This document shows positions 19,276-28,993 of a DNA stretch of 64,000 nucleotides, piece after piece. The notes beneath the pieces are model-generated. The model made no database searches. It was not told the origin of the DNA and worked only from the letters and a program-made list of their open reading frames with translations. The stretch is from NCBI GenBank assembly GCA_016861205.1, contig BOKX01000001.1:831835-895834 (forward strand), read 5' to 3'. This stretch comes from Patescibacteria group bacterium. Its GTDB lineage: Bacteria; Patescibacteriota; Microgenomatia; UBA1400; PJMF01. Made by a program: the position numbers and the translations under genes. Within the stretch, counting starts at the first letter, position 1. Every line of letters starts with the position of its first letter.

Positions 19276-20349
19276 CTATAACTCGACAACTTGCAGCTCA
19301 CCCAGCTCAGCTTGCAACTCGGCCACCACTCGCTGTTCAGTGGTGGTAATAATAGTTTGTTGACGACGGATCAAACTCATCACCAACGTCCGCACATCTG
19401 GATCAAGTTCTGAAAAGATGTCATCCAGGGCTAGGAGTGGTCGTGAGGCGGTTTTGCCTAATACATACTCCAGCTCCGCAACCTTCAGCCACAGCACGGC
19501 CAGCCTTTGCTGTCCTCGCGAACCAAAGGTACTCACGGAATGCCACTCATCAGTTGGTCGCCACTGGAAGCTGACGTCAAAGTCATCTTTGTGCGGACCA
19601 ATCAAAGTGTGGCCAGCTGCAATCTCGCGTGGCTGATACTCAGCCAGCCGCTCAGCGGTCATCAGTGATGGCCGATACTCAATCTCAAATCTTGTGGGAA
19701 ACTCCACTGCCCCAAACGTCTCCAAAAACCGCTGCCGATGACCCTGCACCACTTCCCCATGTTTCACCAGCTGCAAGTTCCAGTAGGTCAGCACTGAGCT
19801 CGGCATCTCGCCATCACGCACAGCTTGGAGTAACTTATTTCGTTTCAACAAGGCTTGTTCGTAAGTGCTATGTGAGTGCGCGTACTGAATATGGGTCTGA
19901 CTCAACACGGTGTCCAAAAAGTTCCGACGCCGAGACGGTGAGCCTTCCATGAGTCGCATGTCTTCCGGCCGAAACACCACACAGTTGAAGTGACCGATAA
20001 AGTCCTTGCGGCGGCGGCGGACTTGGTTGACACTGTACAACCTTGTTTGGGTGCGCTTGCCCTGCACCACCCCCCGCGTCACCATTACCTCCAGTTGTTC
20101 GACCGTGTCATTACTAAGCTGACCAACCACTTGGGCTAGCTCAGCGTCAAACTGCACCATCTCTTCAGCCCGATCGGCTCTAAAACTCTCACCAGTAGCA
20201 AGTAGTTGGACAGCCTCCAAAATCGAAGTCTTACCGTGACCATTGTCCGCCACAATTACCGTAATCGGTTCGTCAAAACGCAAATCCAAAGTGGTGTGGT
20301 TGCGAAAACGCTGGAGCTGGAGGCGATTAAGTCTCGACATGCTGGCCAA
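19276..20349 (-). CDS. recF: DNA replication and repair protein RecF
   Basis: FRNH, NGHGKTSILEA, GSPSRRRNFLD, GPHKDD, SRGQQR, LDDIFSELD. Confidence 0.95.
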   Translation of the reverse strand: MASMSRLNRLQLQRFRNHTTLDLRFDEPITVIVADNGHGKTSILEAVQLLATGESFRADRAEEMVQFDAELAQVVGQLSNDTVEQLEVMVTRGVVQGKRTQTRLYSVNQVRRRRKDFIGHFNCVVFRPEDMRLMEGSPSRRRNFLDTVLSQTHIQYAHSHSTYEQALLKRNKLLQAVRDGEMPSSVLTYWNLQLVKHGEVVQGHRQRFLETFGAVEFPTRFEIEYRPSLMTAERLAEYQPREIAAGHTLIGPHKDDFDVSFQWRPTDEWHSVSTFGSRGQQRLAVLWLKVAELEYVLGKTASRPLLALDDIFSELDPDVRTLVMSLIRRQQTIITTTEQRVVAELQAELGELQVVEL

Positions 20350-20373
20350 GTATACCTTGAACTGATTGCAAAG

Positions 20374-22113
20374 CTACTGCTTGTGTTCAATGTTGAAGAA
20401 CGAGAAACCACTTTGCGGAATGCGCAGGTAGCCCGGCGCCCGAAGATTGAAACTTTCTTTGAACTCACTGCCGGGAATGTTGATCTCACCGCGGTTGGTT
20501 TGGAGTTTGACATTGGTGGTCACTCCACTGCTGCTATGACTGACCGAAACCGATGAGATGCTGGTCACCGCTCCGCCAGAACCGTTAGCTTTGTCGCGCA
20601 GTTCTGACATCGAGTAAGGATTGCCACCTCCGCCGCCGATGTTACAGTCGTTGATGGTGACTGGCTGAATCCGATTCACGTCCGCGCCACCAGGATTTTT
20701 GCGCACAATCCAAGCATTGATGATGTCGGCAAACTCTTCTTGTGACAACCAGGGGTGATTGCGACCACAGTTGGCTCCGCTGGAGCTGTAACCTGAGCGG
20801 TACCATGATTTATAAAACCAGGGTGAGCCCGCCATACTTTCCCAGGCTTTGCTGCTCCAGTTGCCATCGCCGTTGCGATCAGTGGTGTCCCAACCGGAGG
20901 TTGTTAAATAACCACCAGCGGTGGATGAGTACTGCGCCGAAACATCACCGTCGATAATTTCTTTCTCCGTGTCGTCGACGGCCTTTTTCCAAGCTTCTGG
21001 TGGATTGTCCGATTTACCTTTGTTGAAAACCTGGCAAGCTTCCGTGGTACAGATCGGTTTGCTAGCGCGGTTGGCGTAACTGCGAGCTGCGATTGCTTGA
21101 GCTTTCAAAGCCTCTGGGTGCCAGCTCGACGGCATCTCGGCAATTCCATACAAGTACTTCTGCATACTCATCTCACCATGGCCTTGTACATTGATGCTGC
21201 CCGACATCCCATCATCTTTGCGCACCCCTTTGCCGTAGTACCACTGAATAATATCTTTGTAGTTTTTGCCGTTCTCAGCCTGCTTTTTGGCACCATACTG
21301 ACTCATACCTTTGCGATGCGTGTAAGCTCCAAAACTGAACACTGCAAACGAGTTGCCCGGTGCCTGGCTTTTGAAACCGATCGAGGCATTAAAGTCGTCG
21401 GCCAACGGGACATCGCCGACAGAAGTAGTCGTGGTCCCCGACCGAGCATTGATAATGGCTTGCTGTTGAGCGCTTAAAGCTGCGATCTTGCCTGACAGTT
21501 CTTGTTGATAACTCCGGGCTTTGGTTATTTCAGTTTTGAAAAAAGCCGCTTGGGTATCGAGTTGTTTCTCGAGGGCGGCTAGCCGTACTTGGTCGGACTC
21601 GAGTTTTGCTTTGTCGGTCTCCAGCTTACCAATCTCGCTGCCAATACCTTGGATGAGGCGATTGTCGTGAGCTTTAATTGAGTCGCGATAAGCCAAGTCT
21701 TGGGTGAGCTGGGCGGCGTTATCAGTACTTAAAAGTGTCATGATTGGCGAAAAGGTGCGGGACCGTTTGTACTGGTCGGCAATCCGCTTGGACAGTAGTT
21801 CATAGCGAGCAGCCAAGTCGAGTTCGCGTTCATCGATATCTTTGGCGAGAGCGGTGGCTTGTTGTTTGGCCGAGGCAATTCCTTTACGAGCACTATCGAT
21901 ACGACTTTCCAGCGTTTCCAGTTCTTTTTCGAGTGGTTTGGTCGCATCCACAGAGAGTTGCTTCAGTTTTTCGAGTTCGTTGATTTGGTTCTGGAGGTCA
22001 TCGACCGGGTCGGTAGCGAAAACTTGACTGACTTGGTAGCTGCCCAACAGCACCGCCACCGCACTCAAGGTGAGGGCCACGACCACAAAGACTCTTTTGC
22101 TCAGCCGAACCAT
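20374..22113 (-). CDS. exported coiled-coil plus SpoIID/LytB-domain cell-wall lytic transglycosylase
   Basis: Signal peptide, long coiled coil, HRKGMSQYGA, YLYGIAEMPSSWHPEALKAQAIAARSYA, CTTEACQVF. Confidence 0.88.
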   Translation of the reverse strand: MVRLSKRVFVVVALTLSAVAVLLGSYQVSQVFATDPVDDLQNQINELEKLKQLSVDATKPLEKELETLESRIDSARKGIASAKQQATALAKDIDERELDLAARYELLSKRIADQYKRSRTFSPIMTLLSTDNAAQLTQDLAYRDSIKAHDNRLIQGIGSEIGKLETDKAKLESDQVRLAALEKQLDTQAAFFKTEITKARSYQQELSGKIAALSAQQQAIINARSGTTTTSVGDVPLADDFNASIGFKSQAPGNSFAVFSFGAYTHRKGMSQYGAKKQAENGKNYKDIIQWYYGKGVRKDDGMSGSINVQGHGEMSMQKYLYGIAEMPSSWHPEALKAQAIAARSYANRASKPICTTEACQVFNKGKSDNPPEAWKKAVDDTEKEIIDGDVSAQYSSTAGGYLTTSGWDTTDRNGDGNWSSKAWESMAGSPWFYKSWYRSGYSSSGANCGRNHPWLSQEEFADIINAWIVRKNPGGADVNRIQPVTINDCNIGGGGGNPYSMSELRDKANGSGGAVTSISSVSVSHSSSGVTTNVKLQTNRGEINIPGSEFKESFNLRAPGYLRIPQSGFSFFNIEHKQ

Positions 22114-22281
22114 ATCCTAAGGGTATCACACCCAACCTGGGAATCGAAGTTTACAAAGTGGCACAAACCAGAACGTCAAACTGTTTTTGTCTTGCATTTG
22201 AGGGTGCCTTTTTAGCACCCGAAAACGCAAGGCTAAAAACGTTCTATTCGAACTTTGCCATCTGTGCGGTACAATACAGGG

Positions 22282-23547
22282 GTGAAACGAAAACTAGTAT
22301 TCGCGGTTTTATCTTTCTTGGTTGCAACCTGCATTTCAGTGAGACTTCCCTCAACTGCACAAGCACGAGGAAATGTGTCTTGTTCTAACATCAGTCAGGT
22401 CACAACCAGTTTTGGCAACGGAGTGGGTTTTGGCGGCAATCCTGAAATCCCCATTGGGGTGCAGTACCCTCCTTTTGATGTCATCTTAGAAGGTCAGTTT
22501 GCGAATGGAGATGAGTATCGCTTGGAACAAGTCCAAGATGCCATAGGACCCGATAATACGTTCCATACAACAGACGACGTTCGATCTGAACCCGGATCAA
22601 ATGGCAACACGAGAATCTCTTTTACCAACCGAAGCGAGCCAGATTGGTACACCGCAGGAGGAGATACTGACGTTGGGTGGACACAAGGACGCTGTTTGCA
22701 GTTCTACATTAAATTGCGGAATACCACGACAAATCAGGATGTTTGCCGTGTTGGCTCCTATCAACTCTGCGAGCCTGAATCTGATGACCTAATTTGTGAC
22801 AATTTTTATGTCTATCAGAATAACTCTCAATCCCAACCCACGAACGGTTGTTTTTCAACCGGGCGCACCTACTGGACACTTTCAAACTTGAGATACACCG
22901 ACGGAACACTGTATAACGGCGGCGATGGCGACGTTGAAATTCAATTCACTGGAGGCGGTGTCGCTGGTAATGACCAAGAACCAACTGTTAGAGATGGTGC
23001 TGCATCAGGCAGCTTTCAACTTGATGGTGACGATATCGGAACCAATCAATATGTTCGACTGACAGTTAATGGTCGTGAGATCTGCACCGCTAACCCAGAG
23101 CCATTTGTTCCGGCTGAAGCTTGTTCAGATGAGCAACGAGGTGAACCAATTGCTAATGCCCCACCAGTTAACGGATCTGGTTCAAATGTAGGCAGCTTTG
23201 TTCTTTGCGAGCAGATCCCAAATACAACAGCCCGCGAAGATTGCCGGCACTGTGATGAGGACCTGCATGGCGTCTGGACTGCAGTTGGTTGCATCTCTCG
23301 GCAACCTACCAGCATGATTCAAACCCTGATGGGGATTGGTCTGTCACTGGCAGGCGGGGTTTGCTTGCTCATGATGTTGGCTGCTGGCTTCACCTTTTCC
23401 ACCAGCCAAGGCGATCCCAAGAAAACAGGTCAAGCCAAAGAAATGATGACTTCTGCCATTGTCGGTTTAGTGTTTATACTTTTGTCAGTCACTCTGTTAC
23501 AGTTTATTGGAGTATCACTGCTCGGCATACCTGGGTTTGGTAGTTAA
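22282..23547 (+). CDS. exported protein with C-terminal VirB2/TrbC-like pilin module
   Basis: Signal peptide, beta/Cys-rich domain, then two TMs flanking TSQGDPKKTGQAKEMMTSAIVG; GTG start 6 nt after TACAAT (22270-22275). Confidence 0.78.
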   Translation: MKRKLVFAVLSFLVATCISVRLPSTAQARGNVSCSNISQVTTSFGNGVGFGGNPEIPIGVQYPPFDVILEGQFANGDEYRLEQVQDAIGPDNTFHTTDDVRSEPGSNGNTRISFTNRSEPDWYTAGGDTDVGWTQGRCLQFYIKLRNTTTNQDVCRVGSYQLCEPESDDLICDNFYVYQNNSQSQPTNGCFSTGRTYWTLSNLRYTDGTLYNGGDGDVEIQFTGGGVAGNDQEPTVRDGAASGSFQLDGDDIGTNQYVRLTVNGREICTANPEPFVPAEACSDEQRGEPIANAPPVNGSGSNVGSFVLCEQIPNTTAREDCRHCDEDLHGVWTAVGCISRQPTSMIQTLMGIGLSLAGGVCLLMMLAAGFTFSTSQGDPKKTGQAKEMMTSAIVGLVFILLSVTLLQFIGVSLLGIPGFGS

Positions 23548-23553
23548 CCACAT

Positions 23554-24258
23554 ATGAAAAAAATCGCCACAGTACTAGTAACCCTACTCTTACTGGCAGT
23601 GACCGCCCAACCAGTATCTGCACAGTGGAGTTGTGTTCCAGCCGAAGACAGCAACCCGCAGTGTCCTTTAACTGGTTTTTCATACTATTGTGGTAACCCA
23701 AGCCCTGTTGATCCAAGTACTGGTCAACCATACCCCGAAGGCAACCCATATCATGAGGGACCACTGTGTTGTAACAACCAAGCTTCTTGTGAGAGTACTT
23801 TCCCCATAGTTCATTGCTGTATTAACGGAACTACACAACCCAACATGAACACTCAGGATTGTTTGGCACAAGGTGGCTCACCTCTTGCGTGTGAGGATAA
23901 TAACAACCCGAATCAACCTGGCAACTACAACTTACTCAACGGCCCCTCATCAGATGACTTCAACGCCCTCAATCCACTCCGACGCCCCGATGCTGACTCA
24001 GCGATTGCTGACCAATTCGCCACCCCCGCTGGCTTGATTTCTCGGGTGTTGCTGTTTGCCTTCCCAATTGCCGGCATTTTAATGTTGCTGATGCTTGTCT
24101 GGGGTGGTTTTGAAATCTTGTCAGGCGCCACCAACAAAAAATCACTCGACTCTGGCAAGAACCGCATCAAGGCGGGCATCGCTGGTTTTATGCTCTTGTT
24201 CACTTCCTACTGGATCGTCCAAGTCATCGAAGTGGTGTTGGGAATTCAAATTTTCTAA
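23554..24258 (+). CDS. Cys-rich exported protein with C-terminal VirB2/TrbC-like pilin module
   Basis: Signal peptide (VSA/Q), 8 Cys, two TMs flanking GGFEILSGATNKKSLDSGKNRIKAGIAG. Confidence 0.78.
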   Translation: MKKIATVLVTLLLLAVTAQPVSAQWSCVPAEDSNPQCPLTGFSYYCGNPSPVDPSTGQPYPEGNPYHEGPLCCNNQASCESTFPIVHCCINGTTQPNMNTQDCLAQGGSPLACEDNNNPNQPGNYNLLNGPSSDDFNALNPLRRPDADSAIADQFATPAGLISRVLLFAFPIAGILMLLMLVWGGFEILSGATNKKSLDSGKNRIKAGIAGFMLLFTSYWIVQVIEVVLGIQIF

Positions 24259-24300
24259 AAATGGCGGCCACTAACGGCTAAACCGTGACTGGTCAACGTC

Positions 24301-25002
24301 TTACTTGCCAAATCGGCGCTGTCGCTTAGCAAACTCGGCCAAGGCAATATCCAGTTCATCCGGACCAAAATCCGGCATTAACACGTCAGTAAAGTACAAC
24401 TCCGCGTACACGCCCTGCCATGGCAAAAAACCAGACAACCGCTGCTCGCCACCGGGTCGAATAATCAAGTCAGGATCAGGCATACCCACCGTGTCTAGGT
24501 GAGCCTCAATTGACTCAGCCGTGACCGGACTACCCTTAGCCCCTGCCTTATTTATGGCGCGCACCAACTCATCTCGCCCGCCATAGTTCAGCGCAAAAGT
24601 GACGGTCATGTTTTGATTTTTGGCTGATGTGTCTAACCAATGCTGAACATTATCCTGAATATCCTTGGGGAAACCAGATAGATCACCAATCATACTCAAC
24701 CGAACACCTTTGGCATGGAGCGGCTCCGCACTTTTGGTGAAACTGTGTCGGAACAGCTGCATTAAACCCTCAACCTCAGCTGGATCGCGATGCCAGTTCT
24801 CAGTACTAAACGCCCACAGGGTCAGATACTTCACACCGCGCTCAAGGCAGCGGTCCACCAAGGTTTCAATCACTTTTTCAGCTACATAGGCATGACCCTT
24901 GATAATCTCTAGTTGGTGTTGTCTGGCCCAACGACGGTTGCCGTCCATGATGATGGCCACATGTTGCGGAGTTGATGATTGGTTAGGCTTAGTTTTTGAC
25001 AT
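24301..25002 (-). CDS. uppS: polyprenyl (undecaprenyl) diphosphate synthase
   Basis: HVAIIMDGNRRWA, AFSTENW, LNYGGRDE, DPDLIIR, RLSGFLPWQ, RRFG. Confidence 0.96.
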   Translation of the reverse strand: MSKTKPNQSSTPQHVAIIMDGNRRWARQHQLEIIKGHAYVAEKVIETLVDRCLERGVKYLTLWAFSTENWHRDPAEVEGLMQLFRHSFTKSAEPLHAKGVRLSMIGDLSGFPKDIQDNVQHWLDTSAKNQNMTVTFALNYGGRDELVRAINKAGAKGSPVTAESIEAHLDTVGMPDPDLIIRPGGEQRLSGFLPWQGVYAELYFTDVLMPDFGPDELDIALAEFAKRQRRFGK

Positions 25003-25014
25003 ATGTCCTTCAGT

Positions 25015-25833
25015 CTAGCTGGGTACCACCCGAGTCCCTGCAAACGGTTGCCCCAGCAAACATCGATACAAATTATCAGGCTCTAGCCCCGTGATGATGT
25101 CACTCTCAATACCTTGATCAGCAGCTAACAACGACTCTTCAATCTTGTGCCACATACCACCACTAACATCGACACCTTTGGTAGTGGTAATCAGCGCCTG
25201 AGCCTCTGCCTCTGTGGCCCGTGAGATTACAGGCACAGTTTGGCCGGCGGCGTCAAGCACACCGGCGGTCTCAGTGACGTGAATAATTTTGGTAACTGGC
25301 TGTTGATGCGCGCGCAAATCATCAGCCAAAAAACCCAGCACCATTTCTGTGGACCACAGAGAACAACCCTGCGCAGTATCGGCCATCACATCACCACAAG
25401 TCACGGGCAAAATGCCTCGTTCCAGGTATGCATGAAAAACTGCTCCATCCCAATGAGCTGGCTGCGTTTGGTGTGTCACCAACGTATTGGCCAATCGAAA
25501 ACTGGCCGCCGGTAAACCATGGGCCAGCATTGCCTCAAGCACTACTTGATGGAGTTGCGAAACAGCGGCGAGGGTTTTAACCATGCCGATGGGACCCTTT
25601 TCGGCAGTGAAGCCAGCTGGTACTTGATACTCGGCTGCCGGCCGATGGGCAAAACCACCGTGACCATGACCAACAACGAACTGAGTCTCTGGCATCTGAG
25701 CCTGTGCCCGACTCAGCTCAGCCACCAAGCGATCCAGCACCTGACTGCGTAAAGTATCAGCCTGATCTTTTTGGGTAATGACTGAGCCGCCCAGTTTGAT
25801 GAGTACAAAGCTATTTGGTGAATGGTTAGACAT
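25015..25833 (-). CDS. isopentenyl phosphate kinase (amino-acid kinase family)
   Basis: IKLGGSVITQK, GHGHGGFAH, PVTCGD, DVSGGMWHK; lies between idi and uppS; start placed at MSNHS. Confidence 0.85.
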   Translation of the reverse strand: MSNHSPNSFVLIKLGGSVITQKDQADTLRSQVLDRLVAELSRAQAQMPETQFVVGHGHGGFAHRPAAEYQVPAGFTAEKGPIGMVKTLAAVSQLHQVVLEAMLAHGLPAASFRLANTLVTHQTQPAHWDGAVFHAYLERGILPVTCGDVMADTAQGCSLWSTEMVLGFLADDLRAHQQPVTKIIHVTETAGVLDAAGQTVPVISRATEAEAQALITTTKGVDVSGGMWHKIEESLLAADQGIESDIITGLEPDNLYRCLLGQPFAGTRVVPS

Positions 25834-26443
25834 GAACTGCTCCAGAGTGCTGCAAAAGTTGGAACACTGCCACCGCAAAGGGTCGCAGTGTAACATCAGG
25901 ACTATTGATCACTTCCTGTGGGGTCAAAATTCTTGGCTGATAGTTCGGTCGCGTCCGCCCCACGTACTCTTCCAATGCCTGCATTTGTTGGCCACTTAAC
26001 TGCGTACTATACCCCGATCCAGCAATAATTACTAACTCTTTGTCTCCCCGCTGTTGCAGGGTTCGAGTATTGAAGTCACTGGGTAATGATTTGAGCGAAT
26101 CAAGATCCACCGCCACTCCCGCCTCTTCCCATATTTCCTGCTGCATTTTGGCTGCCCCCCGTTGGTGCCGGTCCGCCCCACTGATGACAGTTAACATATG
26201 CGGAGCCAAGGGCACTAACTCTGAGTGCAAACTGAGGGTCAGGTCGGCTTCATATTTACCTGCACCATAACGACGACCGGTATCTTCACTGTCTACTGGC
26301 AACAGCACCATTTTCTGATCTGATAGCGAGGCTGCCTCACCAATCAAAAATAAACAGTAAACACCCGGGATGGTAACGGGATTGGTAGCCAAAGCAGTTT
26401 CAATAGTCAGATTGGGCATATCGTTAAACCTGGATAAATGCAT
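25826..26443 (-). CDS. hypothetical protein, possible divergent Nudix hydrolase
   Basis: Partial Nudix-box-like QEIWEEAGV; overlaps both idi and the kinase. Confidence 0.55.
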   Translation of the reverse strand: MHLSRFNDMPNLTIETALATNPVTIPGVYCLFLIGEAASLSDQKMVLLPVDSEDTGRRYGAGKYEADLTLSLHSELVPLAPHMLTVISGADRHQRGAAKMQQEIWEEAGVAVDLDSLKSLPSDFNTRTLQQRGDKELVIIAGSGYSTQLSGQQMQALEEYVGRTRPNYQPRILTPQEVINSPDVTLRPFAVAVFQLLQHSGAVHV

Positions 26444-26984
26444 CTAAGGCCTCGGTCACTGAGGTCGTCCGAAGCATCAACTCAAACCAAGGCGCCATCG
26501 GGGTCACCGCTGTCAGAGCAGCCCCTCGGAACTGAGACCACGGCACCCACTTGCTACTCGAAACTTCCTCGGGGTTTGGGATCACTGGACCGTCATACCA
26601 ACCGGCAAAAACGTGGTCGATTTCATTTTCACCAAACTCATCGTTGCACTTCACTTCATAGCGAAAGGTGACTATGTCCTGAATTGTCGCAGTAGTGATC
26701 CCCAACTCAAATGTCAGTCGTCGCTTCGCGCACTCCAAGTACGACTCGCCTGGCCAAACATTGCCACAACACGTGTTGGCCCATTGACCAGCACCCACAA
26801 TCTTTTGGCCACTGCGCTGTTGCACCAAAACTTCAACTTCACCGCCCGGAGCTTTGCGAAACAGATACACAGAAATAGCTCGATGGAGTCGTGTTGGATA
26901 ACGATGTGCTTCGTACTTATCCAGCTCGCCCACTACGCGGTCTTGTTCATCAACGAGGGTCACCAAATCAGTTGTTTTTGACAT
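26424..26984 (-). CDS. idi: isopentenyl-diphosphate delta-isomerase, type 1
   Basis: LVDEQD, LHRAISVYLF, QQRS, WANTCCG, ENEIDHVF, PNPEEV, PWF; start placed at MSKTT. Confidence 0.93.
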   Translation of the reverse strand: MSKTTDLVTLVDEQDRVVGELDKYEAHRYPTRLHRAISVYLFRKAPGGEVEVLVQQRSGQKIVGAGQWANTCCGNVWPGESYLECAKRRLTFELGITTATIQDIVTFRYEVKCNDEFGENEIDHVFAGWYDGPVIPNPEEVSSSKWVPWSQFRGAALTAVTPMAPWFELMLRTTSVTEALDAFIQV

Positions 26985-27053
26985 ACCAATGCACCTACAG
27001 AGTCGGATGACTATCTCAAAATCATGCAAATTATTCGGAATACTTGAGAGAAA

Positions 27054-27389
27054 TTACTTAAACGCCCGGGAAAATCGGAACAACAGGTACAGCAGCAATA
27101 TTTGCCAATATATGCAGAAAAATGTGATCCAGTTCGAACTGAAGTTCAGCCAGTTGCAGCCCACAAAGTGGGTGCTCTGACATGAAAAAACGAGTCGAAC
27201 AACCGGCACTACTCCCCATCGCCAGCTAATGGTCACGAGCGACAAAACCAAGGTCGGCAACAAACTCATCCACACAAAAACTTTGTCCAAAACCAAGGAC
27301 TGCATGGTTTGGTACGGATGTACTAACAAACCAAAAGTAATTTGGGCCAACGAGTACAGAACAGATGCCACAACTCGAGCCTTGTTCAC
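27054..27389 (-). CDS. hypothetical membrane protein in the ECF sigma operon
   Basis: Hydrophobic ORF whose probable GTG start overlaps the upstream stop (GTGA). Confidence 0.6.
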   Translation of the reverse strand: MNKARVVASVLYSLAQITFGLLVHPYQTMQSLVLDKVFVWMSLLPTLVLSLVTISWRWGVVPVVRLVFSCQSTHFVGCNWLNFSSNWITFFCIYWQILLLYLLFRFSRAFK

Positions 27390-27589
27390 CAGCTGCCTCC
27401 TTTGAAAAGCTTGCTGAGCTCCATAAAAACTGCTGTAAAACCTGACAGAATGAGGATAACTTGCCAAGGGTACTTACCAATTAATGTCGTCACCCGATCC
27501 AACTGCGGTGGCAACACTCGCTGTTGATACAGCTTGGCTTGACGAGCTGCTTCCTGCTCAAGCTTAGCTAAAAATACAGCTTGACCCAT
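27386..27589 (-). CDS. small single-TM protein, possible anti-sigma factor
   Basis: 67 aa with C-terminal TM, 12 bp downstream of the ECF sigma gene. Confidence 0.55.
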   Translation of the reverse strand: MGQAVFLAKLEQEAARQAKLYQQRVLPPQLDRVTTLIGKYPWQVILILSGFTAVFMELSKLFKGGSW

Positions 27590-27601
27590 AGGTTCTTTTT
27601 T

Positions 27602-28162
27602 CTAGGTGCTTAGTTCAACAAAGTAGTAACGAAAATCTCGCCTAGCTCGAAACAGATCTGACTCAACTGCCTTGATTGTTCTCCCCAGCTCTTCTGCGAT
27701 ATCTTTCACTGACTTGTTGTCAACGTACTTCATAAGCAGAAGTTCTTGAGCATCCGCTGACAGACGAGCAAAAACTGTTTTTACCTTTTCAGCTACTTCG
27801 TGGGCATCAGAAATGTCACTCACACTCACCAACTCAGTCAGTGGCAGGGCTGCAATGGCTTTTTTGGCGTAGCGCTTGCGATAGTAGTCAGCCACTTCGT
27901 GCCGAGCGATGCCAAGCATCCAGCTCCACAAACTTGACTCCCCGCGAAAAAGGGGCAAGTGTTTCAAGCAATTCAGAAAAACTTCTTGGGCCACCTCTTC
28001 GGCATCGGCGGGGTTGGAAATTCGTTGACCCAGCCAGCCTATGAGCCGCTGGCTATACAGCTGATACCACTCTCGGACTGCCGACGATGAACCGTCACGC
28101 AGTTCAGCCAGAAGGTGCTGTTCACTCTCTGTCAGTCTCGGCTGGGTGTTGTACGATGGCAT
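27602..28162 (-). CDS. ECF-type RNA polymerase sigma factor
   Basis: DAEEVAQEVF, FRGESSLWSWMLGIAR, SVKDIAEELGRTIKAVESDLFRAR; start placed at MPSYN. Confidence 0.93.
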   Translation of the reverse strand: MPSYNTQPRLTESEQHLLAELRDGSSSAVREWYQLYSQRLIGWLGQRISNPADAEEVAQEVFLNCLKHLPLFRGESSLWSWMLGIARHEVADYYRKRYAKKAIAALPLTELVSVSDISDAHEVAEKVKTVFARLSADAQELLLMKYVDNKSVKDIAEELGRTIKAVESDLFRARRDFRYYFVELST

Positions 28163-28187
28163 AGCCTTAGGGGTATAATAGCACGCA

Positions 28188-28550
28188 ATGCTAACTCTTC
28201 TCGCCCAAGATACAACCACCACTACCGGCTGTGATCCGAGCGCCGGTGCCATCAATCTCGGGGACTGTTATGTCCTCAACCGAGAAACTGGGACCACTGT
28301 TAGTTCAGTTTACCAACAACCAGCTGATCTGGTGAATGTTCTTATTCGCAATATTTTTGTGGTGGGCGGCGTCATCTTGTTCGGCAGCTTGTTGTTTGCA
28401 GGTTTCAAGTTCATTCAATCTGGTTCTAAGGGTAAAGAAGAGGCTAAAACAATTGTTAAAACCGCTGCCATTGGCTTCATTGTCATGTTTGCCGCTTTCT
28501 GGATTGTGCGAATTATTCAAGTGATTATTGGCCAAAATCTGATCCAGTAG
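28188..28550 (+). CDS. VirB2/TrbC-like pilin
   Basis: Two TMs flanking GFKFIQSGSKGKEEAKTIV. Confidence 0.8.
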   Translation: MLTLLAQDTTTTTGCDPSAGAINLGDCYVLNRETGTTVSSVYQQPADLVNVLIRNIFVVGGVILFGSLLFAGFKFIQSGSKGKEEAKTIVKTAAIGFIVMFAAFWIVRIIQVIIGQNLIQ

Positions 28551-28600
28551 AACTTGAACCAGTAGCTTGTCAGATCAAGAAAAGTGATACAATACAGCGT

Positions 28601-28990
28601 ATGCGCCTCGCACAAGCCTTAACCCCCACCGACATCATTGGTAGTGTGACTCCTCCTCCTGGCGTAACCGCCTATGACGCTCAAGCTGGTGGCATTGGTC
28701 TTATTTTGTTTCTTTCAACTTTGATTCGCGTTTTTACTGTAGTCGCAGGTTTGTACGTCATGGCTCAGTTCTTACTGGCCGGTTGGCAGTACATCACCGC
28801 CAACGGTGATACCGGTGTTAATGCTAAAGTTCGAGAGCGCATTACCATGAGTCTGATCGGTATTGTCATCATCGTGGCTTCGTACACAGTGGCCGGTATG
28901 ATTGGCTATCTGTTCTTCGGCGATGCTTCGTTCATTCTCAATCCTAATATTCAAGGACCGACCGCTCCAGCGCCGGTAATAACACAATAG
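28601..28990 (+). CDS. VirB2/TrbC-like pilin
   Basis: Two TMs flanking GWQYITANGD. Confidence 0.8.
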   Translation: MRLAQALTPTDIIGSVTPPPGVTAYDAQAGGIGLILFLSTLIRVFTVVAGLYVMAQFLLAGWQYITANGDTGVNAKVRERITMSLIGIVIIVASYTVAGMIGYLFFGDASFILNPNIQGPTAPAPVITQ

Positions 28991-28993
28991 TTT

